This document shows positions 50,314 to 61,968 of a stretch of 64,000 nucleotides of DNA, in pieces. The notes beneath the pieces were generated by a model. That model was not told the origin of the DNA and ran no database searches. It was given only the letters and a program-made list of their open reading frames with translations. The stretch's first letter is position 1. Each line of letters opens with the position of its first letter. The DNA lies in the IMG/VR virus record IMGVR_UViG_2718218172_000010. One strand, given 5' to 3'. Made by a program: the position numbers and the translations under genes. Origin of the DNA: a virus (Duplodnaviria; Heunggongvirae; Uroviricota; Caudoviricetes).

Positions 50314-50982
50314 GATGAGAGATCTCCGTTGATTTGGATTGACTTCACATCATTAATCGCCGCGGTAAAACTTTACGGCATCCCACCAATGAGCAACGCC
50401 AATAGCTCATGATTAAAACGGAATGAATCGTCCCGTAACGAAAAGATAATCCTGCACACGACAGCAAAACGTAAAACAACAGCATGAATGAGCTAAATGT
50501 CTAAAGAAAAACTGCCTTTTCACATTATTTTTCAGCGAGTAATCATACCAGCATCCCTAACATACGAAATCGCATCGTGATCGATCGCTGATTCGCCGAA
50601 CAACTGATCGAATACACCGGAATCTGCACTAACATCCTGATGGGTAACGGAAGACTAAAAAACCAGTGTTCTATTGATTGCACGGAATGCCTGTGCGCTG
50701 GCCTGACCAGTAAGCACAATTCTACGAGTAGTAAGATATCTACTCCAAAACCATGCGCAGTAGCCACCATATGTTGCCAGGGTGAAAAATAAGCTCAGAG
50801 CTATAGGGGAGTAATTCCCGTTAATGTCATCGCCGTACCTCAATCAGCTCACAAACTGGCTGAAACGTTAAGCTGAGGCCTTTATTCTTCAGATGTATTT
50901 TCCGGTTTACCTGTAAATTATCTTCTGATATTTATCACATTAGTAATTGTGCTGATTATCTACATACTTCAAGGTCTGAAAT

Positions 50983-51513
50983 ATGAAGCTAACAGAAGAA
51001 AGTCTGAATCTAGTCATTGACATCCTGAATGATTTGATCTGTGAAGGAAAAATGCTGAACGATGTGGAGCGCAGATCTCTGCTCAATGCAGTTATGGCAA
51101 TTACAGCGGTAAAAGAACGTTCTGTCGTATCTGTATCATCCCGAAAAGAGCAAAGTAAGAAGGAGAAGAAGGAAAGAGAGATCGATCCTCGTTTCCCAAA
51201 TGCTGGTGTGGCATGGAATGAGGCAGACGAGAGTTTATTGCGAGATGTTCTGGAGGATGTACCGGACGATGAAATTGGTAAACACCTTTTCTGGCTGGCA
51301 GAGAAACTAGGGCGAACCCCGTACAGTGTAGCCTGTAAAGTCAGACAAATTAAGAAATTACCTGCAGAATGGAAGGATCAATTTCGTAAAATCTCTGACA
51401 GGATCCGTAGTTCTGGAATGTCAGTCAGTGAATATCTACAACGCCAGGGACTGTTAAGCCCAGAGTCAGGGGAAGAAAACAATCCTGTCAGTCATAACAA
51501 CAATGTAGCTTAA
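50983..51513 (+). CDS. hypothetical protein (orphan cargo)
   Basis: 176 aa; acidic and Lys-rich segments. Confidence 0.45.
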   Translation: MKLTEESLNLVIDILNDLICEGKMLNDVERRSLLNAVMAITAVKERSVVSVSSRKEQSKKEKKEREIDPRFPNAGVAWNEADESLLRDVLEDVPDDEIGKHLFWLAEKLGRTPYSVACKVRQIKKLPAEWKDQFRKISDRIRSSGMSVSEYLQRQGLLSPESGEENNPVSHNNNVA

Positions 51514-52029
51514 TCCTGAAGAAGATGAACAGTTTATACTCTTTAAACTGTTCCCTTAATTTTAGAAAAACAGTTTGTGTAAGTGCATGCTCCAACATTC
51601 TGAAGGCGTTATTTCTTACAATACATCATAATCATTGGCAGATCCTCATCTGAATCAAAACACCACAACCAATCATCACACTTTTTCTGAAAAGAGTCTT
51701 ATGATGAAGATAATCACCTTACGCTGAGAAAAAACACCAGGGCCAGTTAATCACCTTATCAATCTCGCCGTTACAAAATCATCCATAAGCCATTTAACAG
51801 TGTTATCGCAAACTCACAGTAAATCGCATCAGGTTACCTCAATCGGATTTGAGTTAATTCACTGGGCTTTACGTAAAGATACTTTTCTCAAGCTAACGTC
51901 GAAACTCGAAATCTAAGGAAAGGTTAAACGTAACATCAGTAAAATCGAATAGCAGATTGATTGCTTAAACAGAAAGGTTTTACAGCAGCATTAAACTGAT
52001 TTAGTTAACGTAAAGATTTACTAAACTGG

Positions 52030-52180
52030 ATGTGTATAGCAATGCTTAACGAAAACACTTGTAGAAGTGTTTATGAAAATACGTGTATGTCTGGTAAAAC
52101 ACTTAGTAGAAAATACGTGTATAACACTTACTGAAATGCTTAGTAAAAATACTTAGTAAAATACGTGTATATAGTATCAT
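52030..52180. repeat. cluster of short direct and inverted repeats
   Basis: AAAATACGTGTAT three times, CTTAGTA three times, palindrome AACACTTGTAGAAGTGTT. Confidence 0.45.
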
Positions 52181-52676
52181 ACCGACATTCTCAACATCTT
52201 CAGACTTCCATACATACTGGGTGTTAATTTTTCACTTTTACAGCCAGCATGGAGTTTTCTGTCCTAAAAACAGAGCAGATTTACTCTGGAGTTATTTTCC
52301 TGTTCACGTATTCAGTACAGCAGAAATCCCGTGATAACGAGACAGTAAACCATCGTAATCAGCGTCTGTAACTCCATCGCTTTACCCCAGAAAAGTTAAG
52401 CCATATAATGTGAGGGATATAAGTCGTCGTATCCGGTAAGTACAGATAACCACAACATAAGCTCATTCAGTAAATTTTATCTCTGAACAAACGACTATGG
52501 CATGCTCATTTATACTATTCATAAGAAAGTGTGATTATCTGTAAGCATTAACCATCAAATCATATAACCATACTAAACTGGCGGATCATCAGCACCATTA
52601 GCAGGTAACTTATTGAAATTTTATTATGTGTTTTTTGTTGATAATTAATATGCAATATGAATTTGCTATTTTAGAA

Positions 52677-53900
52677 TCATGAACACCATTTAAAATTACC
52701 ATCATTAATATCATATAAAAATATATTTTTACTAAAACATGAATTGTATATATTTATTAGCTCAGGAAAATTATCAGGGTTCACCTTCAAATTAACCTGA
52801 ATGTTATGCTTAATTTCACCCAGTAGTTCTTCATGTGTGGATTTTATTATCCCATTATTATAATCGATAAATGCACACATGTTTTTTATGAATTCAAAAC
52901 CTTTTCCTGTATACAGTTTAATGAATGCCACCAGAGCAAACATTTCAAGATGTAGCCATAATGCTACGTTAGTTTTTTGCAAAGTATAAAAAATTGAATT
53001 CGCCACTTTTTTACTTATTGCTCTTTTATACTGTGATCGAGCAAGATTCAGTAGCGGAAGCTCTCGTTCAATAAATGAATGTGAAAAGACTGGATAAATT
53101 GATGTCGGAAACCTTTCAGGCCTTATGATATTTTCTATTTCCACCATAAATCTATCCATAGAAAGAAAGTCACTTTCTTTTTTTATTCTGGTATAGAGAC
53201 CGCCTTTATTCCTTTCTGAGGTTTGTTTTCGTGCTATCCCCCCTAACAATTTCTCTAATTGTTTATTTATCTTCGTATAATTAAATACAACCATTCTTCT
53301 TATCATCCTCGGAAGGATAATAATATCAGTGCTTGAATCACTTGAACGGCAATTATTATTTATCCATGCAACTTCAAGTTGCAGTATCGGAACATTAACT
53401 TTTCTGGGGTGAATATCACTCTGATATCGTTTTTTGTATGCGTTTTCATTAAGATATTCTCTGCTGTAGAGAAACTTATAGCAATATAATCTGATAATAT
53501 CTTTTATGTAAAATTTAAATAGTTCACCTGTAACAGATATATGTTTTCTGCTCAGTAACTCCTGTGTATTAAGCCATTCCCGTGACCGAAGCACACCCTT
53601 GTGAAAACTTTTTCTTACTTGCTTTGAGGCACGGCATTGATGTAATATTTTTGCGTCCTCAATAATTCTCTTTCCCGTTTTATTTTTTGCAGCATCTCTT
53701 ACTCCATAAAATATCTCCCGGCCCAGACTTTTGTCATATTTACTGATTATACGACAAATATTCCTGACCCGACGATTCTCTTTATTTCGCTTCCATAGCT
53801 TATAATGATCATCGCATAACCTTAAGGCATTTGCCTCATCAAATTCTGAAACAGGATTACTGCATTTTTTATTCCGACAAATACCTTTGTTTTTAGCCAT
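52677..53900 (-). CDS. AT-rich orphan protein with N-terminal Cys cluster, unknown function
   Basis: 407 aa, very low GC, Lys/Arg-rich; N-terminus CRNKKCSNPVSEFDEANALRLCDDHY; divergent from GTPase gene. Confidence 0.5.
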   Translation of the reverse strand: MAKNKGICRNKKCSNPVSEFDEANALRLCDDHYKLWKRNKENRRVRNICRIISKYDKSLGREIFYGVRDAAKNKTGKRIIEDAKILHQCRASKQVRKSFHKGVLRSREWLNTQELLSRKHISVTGELFKFYIKDIIRLYCYKFLYSREYLNENAYKKRYQSDIHPRKVNVPILQLEVAWINNNCRSSDSSTDIIILPRMIRRMVVFNYTKINKQLEKLLGGIARKQTSERNKGGLYTRIKKESDFLSMDRFMVEIENIIRPERFPTSIYPVFSHSFIERELPLLNLARSQYKRAISKKVANSIFYTLQKTNVALWLHLEMFALVAFIKLYTGKGFEFIKNMCAFIDYNNGIIKSTHEELLGEIKHNIQVNLKVNPDNFPELINIYNSCFSKNIFLYDINDGNFKWCS

Positions 53901-54000
53901 ACTCTTCTTCCCGTCAATGGAAAAATTTTCACACCCATATTACCTGAATGATAAACCGGATTAGTGTGATCCGGTTCAGTGAAATCAACAGGATAACGGT

Positions 54001-54885
54001 ATGTCATTCAGCCATTCTTCCCTCTCCGCACAAGTGAAATCATATCTGACGTTTCTTCCTGAAGAAATTCGCCAGAAAATCCTTGAACATCTCCACGGTG
54101 TTATTCATTACGAACCCGTGATTGGCATGATGGGTAAAAGCGGCACCGGCAAAAGCAGTCTGTGTAATGCCATTTTTCAGTCCCGTATCTGTGCCACGCA
54201 TCCCCTGAACGGCTGCACCCGCCAGGCTCATCGTCTTACCCTGCAGCTCGGTGAACGCAGAATGACGCTGGTCGATCTGCCCGGCATTGGTGAAACACCG
54301 CAGCATGATCAGGAATACCGAGCGCTTTATCGTCAGTTACTGCCGGAACTGGATCTGATTATCTGGATCCTGCGGAGTGATGAACGTGCGTATGCTGCCG
54401 ATATTGCCATGCATCAGTTTTTACTGAATGAGGGCGCAGATCCCTCGCGCTTTCTGTTTGTTCTCAGCCATGCCGATCGCATGTTTCCTGCTGAAGAATG
54501 GAATGCCACAGAAAAATGCCCGTCCCGTCACCAGGAACTCTCACTGGCGACAGTAACAGCCCGGGTGGCCACCCTGTTCCCTTCATCATTTCCGGTACTC
54601 CCTGTAGCCGCACCTGCAGGCTGGAACCTTCCAGCGCTGGTGTCACTGATGATCCACGCGCTGCCACCACAGGCAACCAGCGCAGTTTATTCACATATCA
54701 GGGGGGAAAACCGCTCTGAACAGGCCCGGAAACACGCACAACAGACTTTTGGTGATGCCATCGGGAAAAGTTTTGACGACGCCGTTGCCCGGTTCAGTTT
54801 TCCGGCCTGGATGTTACAGCTTCTGCGTAAAGCCCGGGACCGCATTATCCACCTGCTGATCACACTGTGGGAGCGTCTGTTCTGA
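54001..54885 (+). CDS. YfjP/YkfA/YeeP-family GTPase
   Basis: G1 GMMGKSGTGKSSLCN, G3 LVDLPGIGET; 294 aa. Confidence 0.75.
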   Translation: MSFSHSSLSAQVKSYLTFLPEEIRQKILEHLHGVIHYEPVIGMMGKSGTGKSSLCNAIFQSRICATHPLNGCTRQAHRLTLQLGERRMTLVDLPGIGETPQHDQEYRALYRQLLPELDLIIWILRSDERAYAADIAMHQFLLNEGADPSRFLFVLSHADRMFPAEEWNATEKCPSRHQELSLATVTARVATLFPSSFPVLPVAAPAGWNLPALVSLMIHALPPQATSAVYSHIRGENRSEQARKHAQQTFGDAIGKSFDDAVARFSFPAWMLQLLRKARDRIIHLLITLWERLF

Positions 54886-55087
54886 CACACTCACGCCGAC
54901 AGGATGTGTCGCTGGATTAACGAGCATTCTTCTTTTTATGAAATCATGCTTAAAAATCAGATAATTAAAAGAATATTTTTTCTGCTGCATTTTATTCCTG
55001 ATTATCCGGATGCGACACATCCTTTCAACATCATGATGCATAATAACATCATGAAATAAAAGATGTTTTCTTACGGAGTGCACATCT

Positions 55088-55768
55088 ATGTCTGATAATC
55101 GTTCCCGGCATGATCGCCTGGCGGTTCGCTTATCACTCATTATCAGCCGACTGATGGCCGGAGAATCTCTGTCACTAAAAACACTGTCAGATGAATTTGG
55201 CGTTACAGAACGTACTTTACAGCGCGATTTTCATCAGCGTCTGGTTCACCTGGATTTAGAGTACAGAAATGGCAGGTACAGCCTCAGACGACAGAGCAGC
55301 CCGGGTGCGATCCCTGAAATGCTTTCTTTTATACAGAATACCGGGATCGCACGGATACTTCCGCTCCGGAACGGACGACTGATAACCTGTCTTACCGACA
55401 ACCAGGAGCCCTCTCCCTGCCTTATCTGGCTACCGGCGCCGGATATCACTGCAACGTTCCCCGAGTGTTTCTCGCAACTCATCCTGGCAATAAGACAGTG
55501 TATCCACATATCTCTGATGACTGAGCGATGGTATCCGTCACTGGAACCCTGCCGGCTCATTTATTACAGCGGAAGCTGGTATCTGATCGCGTTACAGAAG
55601 GGAAAACTGCGGGTCTTTCCCCTGGCAGACATCAAATCGGTCAGCCTGACATCAGAACGGTTTGAACGGAGAGACCACATCCACAGTCTGGTCGCTGAAG
55701 AGCGTTTTATCTCCGCTCTGCCACATTTCCCTTTCATCCATAAACTTATCAACACCTTTAACCTGTGA
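55088..55768 (+). CDS. YfjR-like transcriptional regulator
   Basis: N-terminal HTH LKTLSDEFGVTERTLQRDF; follows GTPase as in CP4-57. Confidence 0.55.
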   Translation: MSDNRSRHDRLAVRLSLIISRLMAGESLSLKTLSDEFGVTERTLQRDFHQRLVHLDLEYRNGRYSLRRQSSPGAIPEMLSFIQNTGIARILPLRNGRLITCLTDNQEPSPCLIWLPAPDITATFPECFSQLILAIRQCIHISLMTERWYPSLEPCRLIYYSGSWYLIALQKGKLRVFPLADIKSVSLTSERFERRDHIHSLVAEERFISALPHFPFIHKLINTFNL

Positions 55769-55988
55769 TCGCCGGCCTGCCAAAGCCGTCCCGACAGGTA
55801 TGGAGACAATATGTTGAACAGAAAACTAAATATACGGCTACGTCATTCCCTGAACAGTCACTGCATACCTTCCATCATTATCAATAACACCGTACGTTCA
55901 TTTGTAACCGTCTCATTTAAACCGTCTTTCGCCTCCCTTTCCTGTTTCCGATACTAATGTCCATTTTCGCAGTAAAGGGACATTTAAG

Positions 55989-56189
55989 ATGAATGCACGA
56001 AAAGCGGTACTGGCAGACAATCCGGAATTGATCCTGCGTGTGCTACAGCTGAGATTTGACGAGTCACTGTCGTACCCGCGCATTTCTGCGCAGACCGGTG
56101 TCAGCAAAACCGCCATTTTTTCTCTGGTGAGGCGATTTCACCAGGTATTCACTGACTGGCCTCTTTCCGGTGAATATTCCTGCGGGCAA
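55989..56189 (+). CDS. hypothetical protein, truncated by gap
   Basis: ATG with AAGGGA SD; ORF runs into N-run. Confidence 0.35.
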
Positions 56190-56289
56190 NNNNNNNNNNN
56201 NNNNNNNNNNNNNNNNNNNNNNNNNNNNNNNNNNNNNNNNNNNNNNNNNNNNNNNNNNNNNNNNNNNNNNNNNNNNNNNNNNNNNNNNN
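56190..56289. other. assembly gap (100 N)
   Basis: Exactly 100 consecutive N. Confidence 0.95.
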
Positions 56290-56520
56290 GTTCATGCTAC
56301 TGCTACTGTTCTTCTTTTTTCTGCTGCTCTGATTACTGTCTGTTTTGTTGTTCTCCTGCTTATGCCTTTTCCGGGCGTCCCCCTGGCGGGGCGGGCTGTC
56401 GTGAACGGAGCCAGCGGAGCTGTCTCCGCCCTGGCGGGCTTCCATCCCTGACGCGAAACCCCGGGCTTGCAGCGACCGTTCCGGTCGCGCCGCCTCTGTC
56501 GCGCCGTGGCCTGCGCTCCC
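56290..56520 (+). repeat. leading-region repeated element, copy 1 (5' end lost in gap)
   Basis: About 200 bp nearly identical to 61700-61915, including hairpin GCGACCG-TTC-CGGTCGC. Confidence 0.55.
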
Positions 56521-56927
56521 GGCATCCCGGCAAAAGGCCGCCGGGATGTGAGGGGCAACGCCGTTTCGCAAACCGCGCTTCACGTCGTTGCGGCGGGTCC
56601 CTGCCCGTTGTTGTGTCCGGTGCCATTCACCTGTTTAAGCCCCTGTCGCCGGGGGCTGATACAGCCACAACCGTCTCCGCCAGTCCAGGGGTGAAATGTA
56701 CATCCCGCAAAACTTTTTGCCCAAAAGCAGGCAAAAACTTTTGCGGTCTGCCCCCGGACAGTCGTTTCCGGCCGTGGCAGTGATGCCCCTTGCGGCGAAG
56801 GTTCTCAAAAAGGTGATGGTGAATACCGGAGGGAACAAAAGGCAGGTCCCCGCAAAACGTCAAAACCGCGGCTCCCGAAACTCAAAAGATGATGGGGGCT
56901 GAAAACATCAACAGAAGGAGATACATC

Positions 56928-57762
<835 letters not shown>

Positions 57763-57825
57763 GAGAGGTGCCGGACGGGAACGCGTCCGGCAGACATACA
57801 ACCATCCCGGTCAAAGGAGAAATAT

Positions 57826-59784
57826 ATGTCAGTTACAGAGTCTAAGACAAAAACGGAGCGTAAATCCAGCCGTAAACCGTCAAAAGAGCAGGAGACTGCC
57901 CTGTCTGCCCTGCTGGCGCAGACGGAGGAAGTGAGCGTGCCGCTGACCTCACTGATTAAGTCACCGCTGAATGTGCGCACGGTGCCGTATTCTGCGGAGT
58001 CCGTCAGCGAACTGGCGGACTCCATTAAAGGTGTCGGCCTGTTACAGAATCTGGTTGTTCATGCCCTGCCAGGTGACCGACACGGTGTCGCCGCAGGTGG
58101 TCGCCGACTGGCAGCACTCAACATGCTGGCAGAGCGTGGCATCATTCCGGCTGACTGGCCTGTCCGTGTGAAGGTCATTCCGCAGGAACTGGCGACTGCC
58201 GCATCAATGACTGAAAACGGTCATCGTCGGGATATGCACCCTGCCGAACAGATTGCCGGATTCCGCGCAATGGCGCAGGAAGGCAAAACACCTGCACAAA
58301 TCGGTGATTTGCTGGGCTATTCACCCCGCCACGTTCAGCGAATGCTGAAACTGGCTGACCTTGCGCCTGTCATCCTCGATGCGCTGGCAGAAGACCGCAT
58401 CACCACAGAGCACTGTCAGGCGCTGGCGCTGGAGAACGACACCGCACGTCAGGTACAGGTGTTTGAAGCTGCCTGTCAGTCGGGATGGGGCGGAAAACCG
58501 GAAGTACAGACCATTCGTCGTCTGGTGACCGAAAGTGAAGTGGCGGTGGCGGGGAACAGTAAATTCCGCTTCGTGGGGGCTGATGCCTTCTCGCCAGATG
58601 AACTGCGCACCGATTTGTTCAGCGACAACGAGGGTGGCTATGTGGACTGCGTGGCGCTCGATGCCGCCCTGCTGGAAAAACTCCAGGCTGTTGCAGAGTC
58701 CCTTCGGGAAGCCGAAGGCTGGGAATGGTGCGCCGGGCGCATGGAGCCTGTCGGTGAGTGCCGTGAGGATGCCGGAACATACCGCTGTCTGCCGGAGCCG
58801 GAAGCGGTGCTGACGGAGGCGGAAGAAGAACGCCTGAACGAACTGATGACGCGTTACGACGCGCTGGAAAACCAGTGTGAGGAATCCGACCTGCTGGAAG
58901 CAGAAATGAAGCTGATGCGCTGCATGGCGAAGGTCAGGGCGTGGACGCCGGAGATGCGTGCCGGAAGCGGTGTTGTGGTGTCCTGGCGTTACGGCAATGT
59001 GTGTGTCCAGCGTGGTGTGCAGTTGCGCAGTGAGGATGACGTGACTGACGACGCTGACCGCACGGAACAGGTGCAGGAAAAAGCGTCAGTGGAGGAAATC
59101 AGTCTGCCACTGCTGACGAAAATGTCTTCCGAACGCACGCTGGCAGTCCAGGCAGCACTGATGCAGCAACCGGACAAATCTCTGGCACTGCTGGCATGGA
59201 CGCTCTGCCTGAATGTGTTTGGCAGCGGGGCGTACAGTAGTCCCGCCAGAATTTACCTGGAATGTGGGCATTACTCACTGACCAGCGCTGCGCCGTCAGG
59301 GAAGGAAGGTACCGCATTCATGGCGCTGATGGCAGAGCACTTTCGCCTTGCTGCCCTGCTGCCGGATGAATGGGAACGGGACATGACGACGTTCCTGTCA
59401 CTCAGCCAGGAGGTTCTGTTATCCCTGCTCAGTTTCTGCACTGCGTGCAGCATCCACGGTGTTCAGACCCGTGAGTATGGTCACACGTCACGCAGTCCGC
59501 TGGATTCGCTGGAAAGCGCCATCGGCTTTCACATGCGCGACTGGTGGCAGCCGACAAAAGCAAACTTCTTCGGACACCTGAAAAAGCCGCAGATTATCGC
59601 AGCCCTGAATGAGGCAGGACTGTCCGGTGCTGCACGGGACGCGGAGAAGATGAAGAAAGGCGATGCGGCTGAACATGCAGAGTTCCACATGAAAGACAAC
59701 CGCTGGGTGCCTGGCTGGATGTGTGCACCACGCCCACAGACGGATGCCACTGAACGCACCGATAACCTGGCTGATGCCGCCTGA
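57826..59784 (+). CDS. ParB-like nuclease domain protein (652 aa)
   Basis: N-terminal ParB-like region; position between ssb and psiB as in IncF leading regions. Confidence 0.65.
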   Translation: MSVTESKTKTERKSSRKPSKEQETALSALLAQTEEVSVPLTSLIKSPLNVRTVPYSAESVSELADSIKGVGLLQNLVVHALPGDRHGVAAGGRRLAALNMLAERGIIPADWPVRVKVIPQELATAASMTENGHRRDMHPAEQIAGFRAMAQEGKTPAQIGDLLGYSPRHVQRMLKLADLAPVILDALAEDRITTEHCQALALENDTARQVQVFEAACQSGWGGKPEVQTIRRLVTESEVAVAGNSKFRFVGADAFSPDELRTDLFSDNEGGYVDCVALDAALLEKLQAVAESLREAEGWEWCAGRMEPVGECREDAGTYRCLPEPEAVLTEAEEERLNELMTRYDALENQCEESDLLEAEMKLMRCMAKVRAWTPEMRAGSGVVVSWRYGNVCVQRGVQLRSEDDVTDDADRTEQVQEKASVEEISLPLLTKMSSERTLAVQAALMQQPDKSLALLAWTLCLNVFGSGAYSSPARIYLECGHYSLTSAAPSGKEGTAFMALMAEHFRLAALLPDEWERDMTTFLSLSQEVLLSLLSFCTACSIHGVQTREYGHTSRSPLDSLESAIGFHMRDWWQPTKANFFGHLKKPQIIAALNEAGLSGAARDAEKMKKGDAAEHAEFHMKDNRWVPGWMCAPRPQTDATERTDNLADAA

Positions 59785-59838
59785 TGAACAACCACACCGC
59801 CCCGCCGGAGACGGGGCGGCAGCAAGGGAGATACCGTG

Positions 59839-60273
59839 ATGAAAACTGAACTGACCCTGAATGTATTACAGACCATGAACGCACAGGAATATGAAGATAT
59901 CCGGGCTGCCGGAAGTGATGAACGCCGTGAGCTGACTCACGCCGTGATGCGGGAGCTGGATGCGCCGGATAAGTGGACGATGAACGGCGAGTACGGCAGC
60001 GAGTTTGGCGGCTTTTTCCCCGTCCAGGTCCGTTTCACGCCTGCCCACGAACGTTTTCACCTGGCGTTATGTTCACCGGGCGATGTCTCTCAGGTCTGGG
60101 GGCTGGTTCTGGTGAATGCCGGTGGTGAGCCGTTTGCGGTGGTTCAGGTACAGCGGCGGTTTGCACCGGAAGCCGTCAGCCATTCACTGGCACTGGCGGC
60201 GTCACTGGATATGCAGGGGTACAGCGTTAACGACATCATCCATATCCTGATGGCGGAAGGAGGTCAGGTATGA
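59839..60273 (+). CDS. psiB: plasmid SOS inhibition protein B
   Basis: [40 protein letters not shown]..., matching recalled PsiB; 144 aa. Confidence 0.85.
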   Translation: MKTELTLNVLQTMNAQEYEDIRAAGSDERRELTHAVMRELDAPDKWTMNGEYGSEFGGFFPVQVRFTPAHERFHLALCSPGDVSQVWGLVLVNAGGEPFAVVQVQRRFAPEAVSHSLALAASLDMQGYSVNDIIHILMAEGGQV

Positions 60274-60989
60274 GCGTACGTTCACAGGCACTGGTTCCCC
60301 TCAGCACAGAGCAACAGGCCGCATGGCGGGCGGTGGCGGAGACAGAAAAACGCCGCCATCAGGGTAACACGCTGGCGGAATATCCGTATGCGGGGGCGTT
60401 TTTCCGCTGTCTGAACGGAAGCCGCAGGATATCGCTGTCTGACCTGCGATTTTTCATGCCGTCCCTGACCGCAGAAGAACTGCACGGCAACCGTCTTCAG
60501 TGGCTGTATGCCATCGATGTGCTGATTGAAACACAGGGCGAGGTCTGCCTCCTTCCCCTTCCCGGTGATGCAGCAGAGCGGTTGTTTCCGTCGGTGCGGT
60601 TTCGTGTCAGGGAGCGCAGTCGCCATAAATCCGCGCTGGTCATGCAGAAGTACAGCCGCCAGCAGGCACGGGAGGCAGAGCAGAAAGCCCGTGCGTACCA
60701 GGCGCTGGTCGCTCAGGCTGAAATCGAACTGGCATTCCATTCGCCGGAAACAGTCGGAAGCTGGCATGCACGCTGGAGTGACCGGGTGGCAGAGCATGAC
60801 CTGGAAACCCTGTTCTGGCAGTGGGGCGAGCGTTTTCCGTCACTGGCCGGAATGGAACGCTGGCAGTGGCAGGATATGCCGTTCTGGCAGGTTATTGCGG
60901 AAGCCAGTCTTGCAGCAAGAGAGGCCGGTCACGCTGTCCGTGAGATGGAGCGGTGGATGGTGCCGAACAAACTCCGGGAGGCAGCGTGA
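60270..60989 (+). CDS. psiA: plasmid SOS inhibition protein A
   Basis: 239 aa immediately after psiB with overlapping ATGA. Confidence 0.75.
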   Translation: MSVRSQALVPLSTEQQAAWRAVAETEKRRHQGNTLAEYPYAGAFFRCLNGSRRISLSDLRFFMPSLTAEELHGNRLQWLYAIDVLIETQGEVCLLPLPGDAAERLFPSVRFRVRERSRHKSALVMQKYSRQQAREAEQKARAYQALVAQAEIELAFHSPETVGSWHARWSDRVAEHDLETLFWQWGERFPSLAGMERWQWQDMPFWQVIAEASLAAREAGHAVREMERWMVPNKLREAA

Positions 60990-61263
60990 TGCGGCAACAA
61001 TCATACAGATTACCCGTAAACAGCCTGAATGAGCGGGTTATTTTCAGGAAAAGTGAGTGTGGTCAGCGTGCAGGGATATGGGCTATGATGTGCCCGGCGC
61101 TTGAGGCTTTCTGCCTCATGACGTGAAGGTGGTTTGTTGCCGTGTTGTGTGGCAGAAGGACAAAAGCCCCGTAGTTAATTTTTCATTAACCCACGAGGCC
61201 CCTGCATGCTTAGACAACATCAGGATAGCCTCTTACCGCGCTTTGCGCAAGGAGAAGAAGGCC

Positions 61264-61422
61264 ATGAAACTACCACGCAGCTCTCTTGTCTGGTGTGTGT
61301 TGATCGTGTGTCTCACACTGTTGATATTCACTTATCTGACACGAAAATCGCTGTGCGAGATTCGTTACAGAGACGGATACAGGGAGGTGGCGGCTTTCAT
61401 GGCTTACGAATCCGGTAAGTAG
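61264..61422 (+). CDS. hok: Hok toxin (52 aa) with overlapping mok-like frame from 61123
   Basis: [52 protein letters not shown]. Confidence 0.85.
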
Positions 61423-61431
61423 CAACCTGGA

Positions 61432-61453
61432 GGCGGGCGCAGGCCCGCCTTTT
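61432..61453 (+). terminator. rho-independent terminator
   Basis: GGCGGGC-GCAG-GCCCGCC hairpin plus T-run. Confidence 0.5.
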
Positions 61454-61689
61454 CAGGGCTGATGCTGGTCTGACTGCACTGAAGCGCCTTTATAAAGGGG
61501 CTGCTGGTTCGCCGGTAGCCCCTTTCTCCTTGCTGGCATTGTACGGGCATGAACAACCAGACTGCCAGGAAGGCCGTTTCCCTCCGGGAACGGGGATGAA
61601 CGTGCGCATGCGGCGCCCGTTCTTTTCCCCCGCCTTCTCTGTTTATGACCTGTCAGAAATCACATCACCTTCCCTTTGATTATTTTCTT

Positions 61690-61960
61690 TTTCCTCCTGT
61701 TCTGACTCTGATTACTGCTGCCCTGATTATTGTCTGTTTTGTTGTTCTCCTGCTTATGCCTTTTCCGGGCGTCCCCCTGGCGGGGCGGGCTGTCGTGAAC
61801 GGAGCCAGCGAAGCTGTCTCCGCCCTGGCGGGCTTCCATCCCTGACGCGAAACCCCGGGTTTGCAGCGACCGGAACGGTCGCGCCACCCTTGTCGCGCTG
61901 TGGCCTGCGGCGGCTCCCGAAACTCAACCGATGATGGGGGCTGAAAACCAGAGAGAGGAG
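61690..61960 (+). repeat. leading-region repeated element, copy 2
   Basis: Near-identical to 56330-56520 plus shared leader CGGCTCCCGAAACTCAA..GATGATGGGGGCTGAAAAC before the next gene. Confidence 0.55.
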
Positions 61961-61968
61961 AAAGCAGG

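Noticed and set aside
52030-52180. Possible CRISPR array
   Set aside because: Repeats are 7-13 nt with irregular spacing, not 28-37 nt repeats with unique spacers; no cas genes anywhere in the window.
56292-56863. Multiple 60-90 aa ORFs on both strands in the GC-rich region
   Set aside because: Region is a structured repeat or leader; the ORFs are Arg/Pro-rich with no start context.
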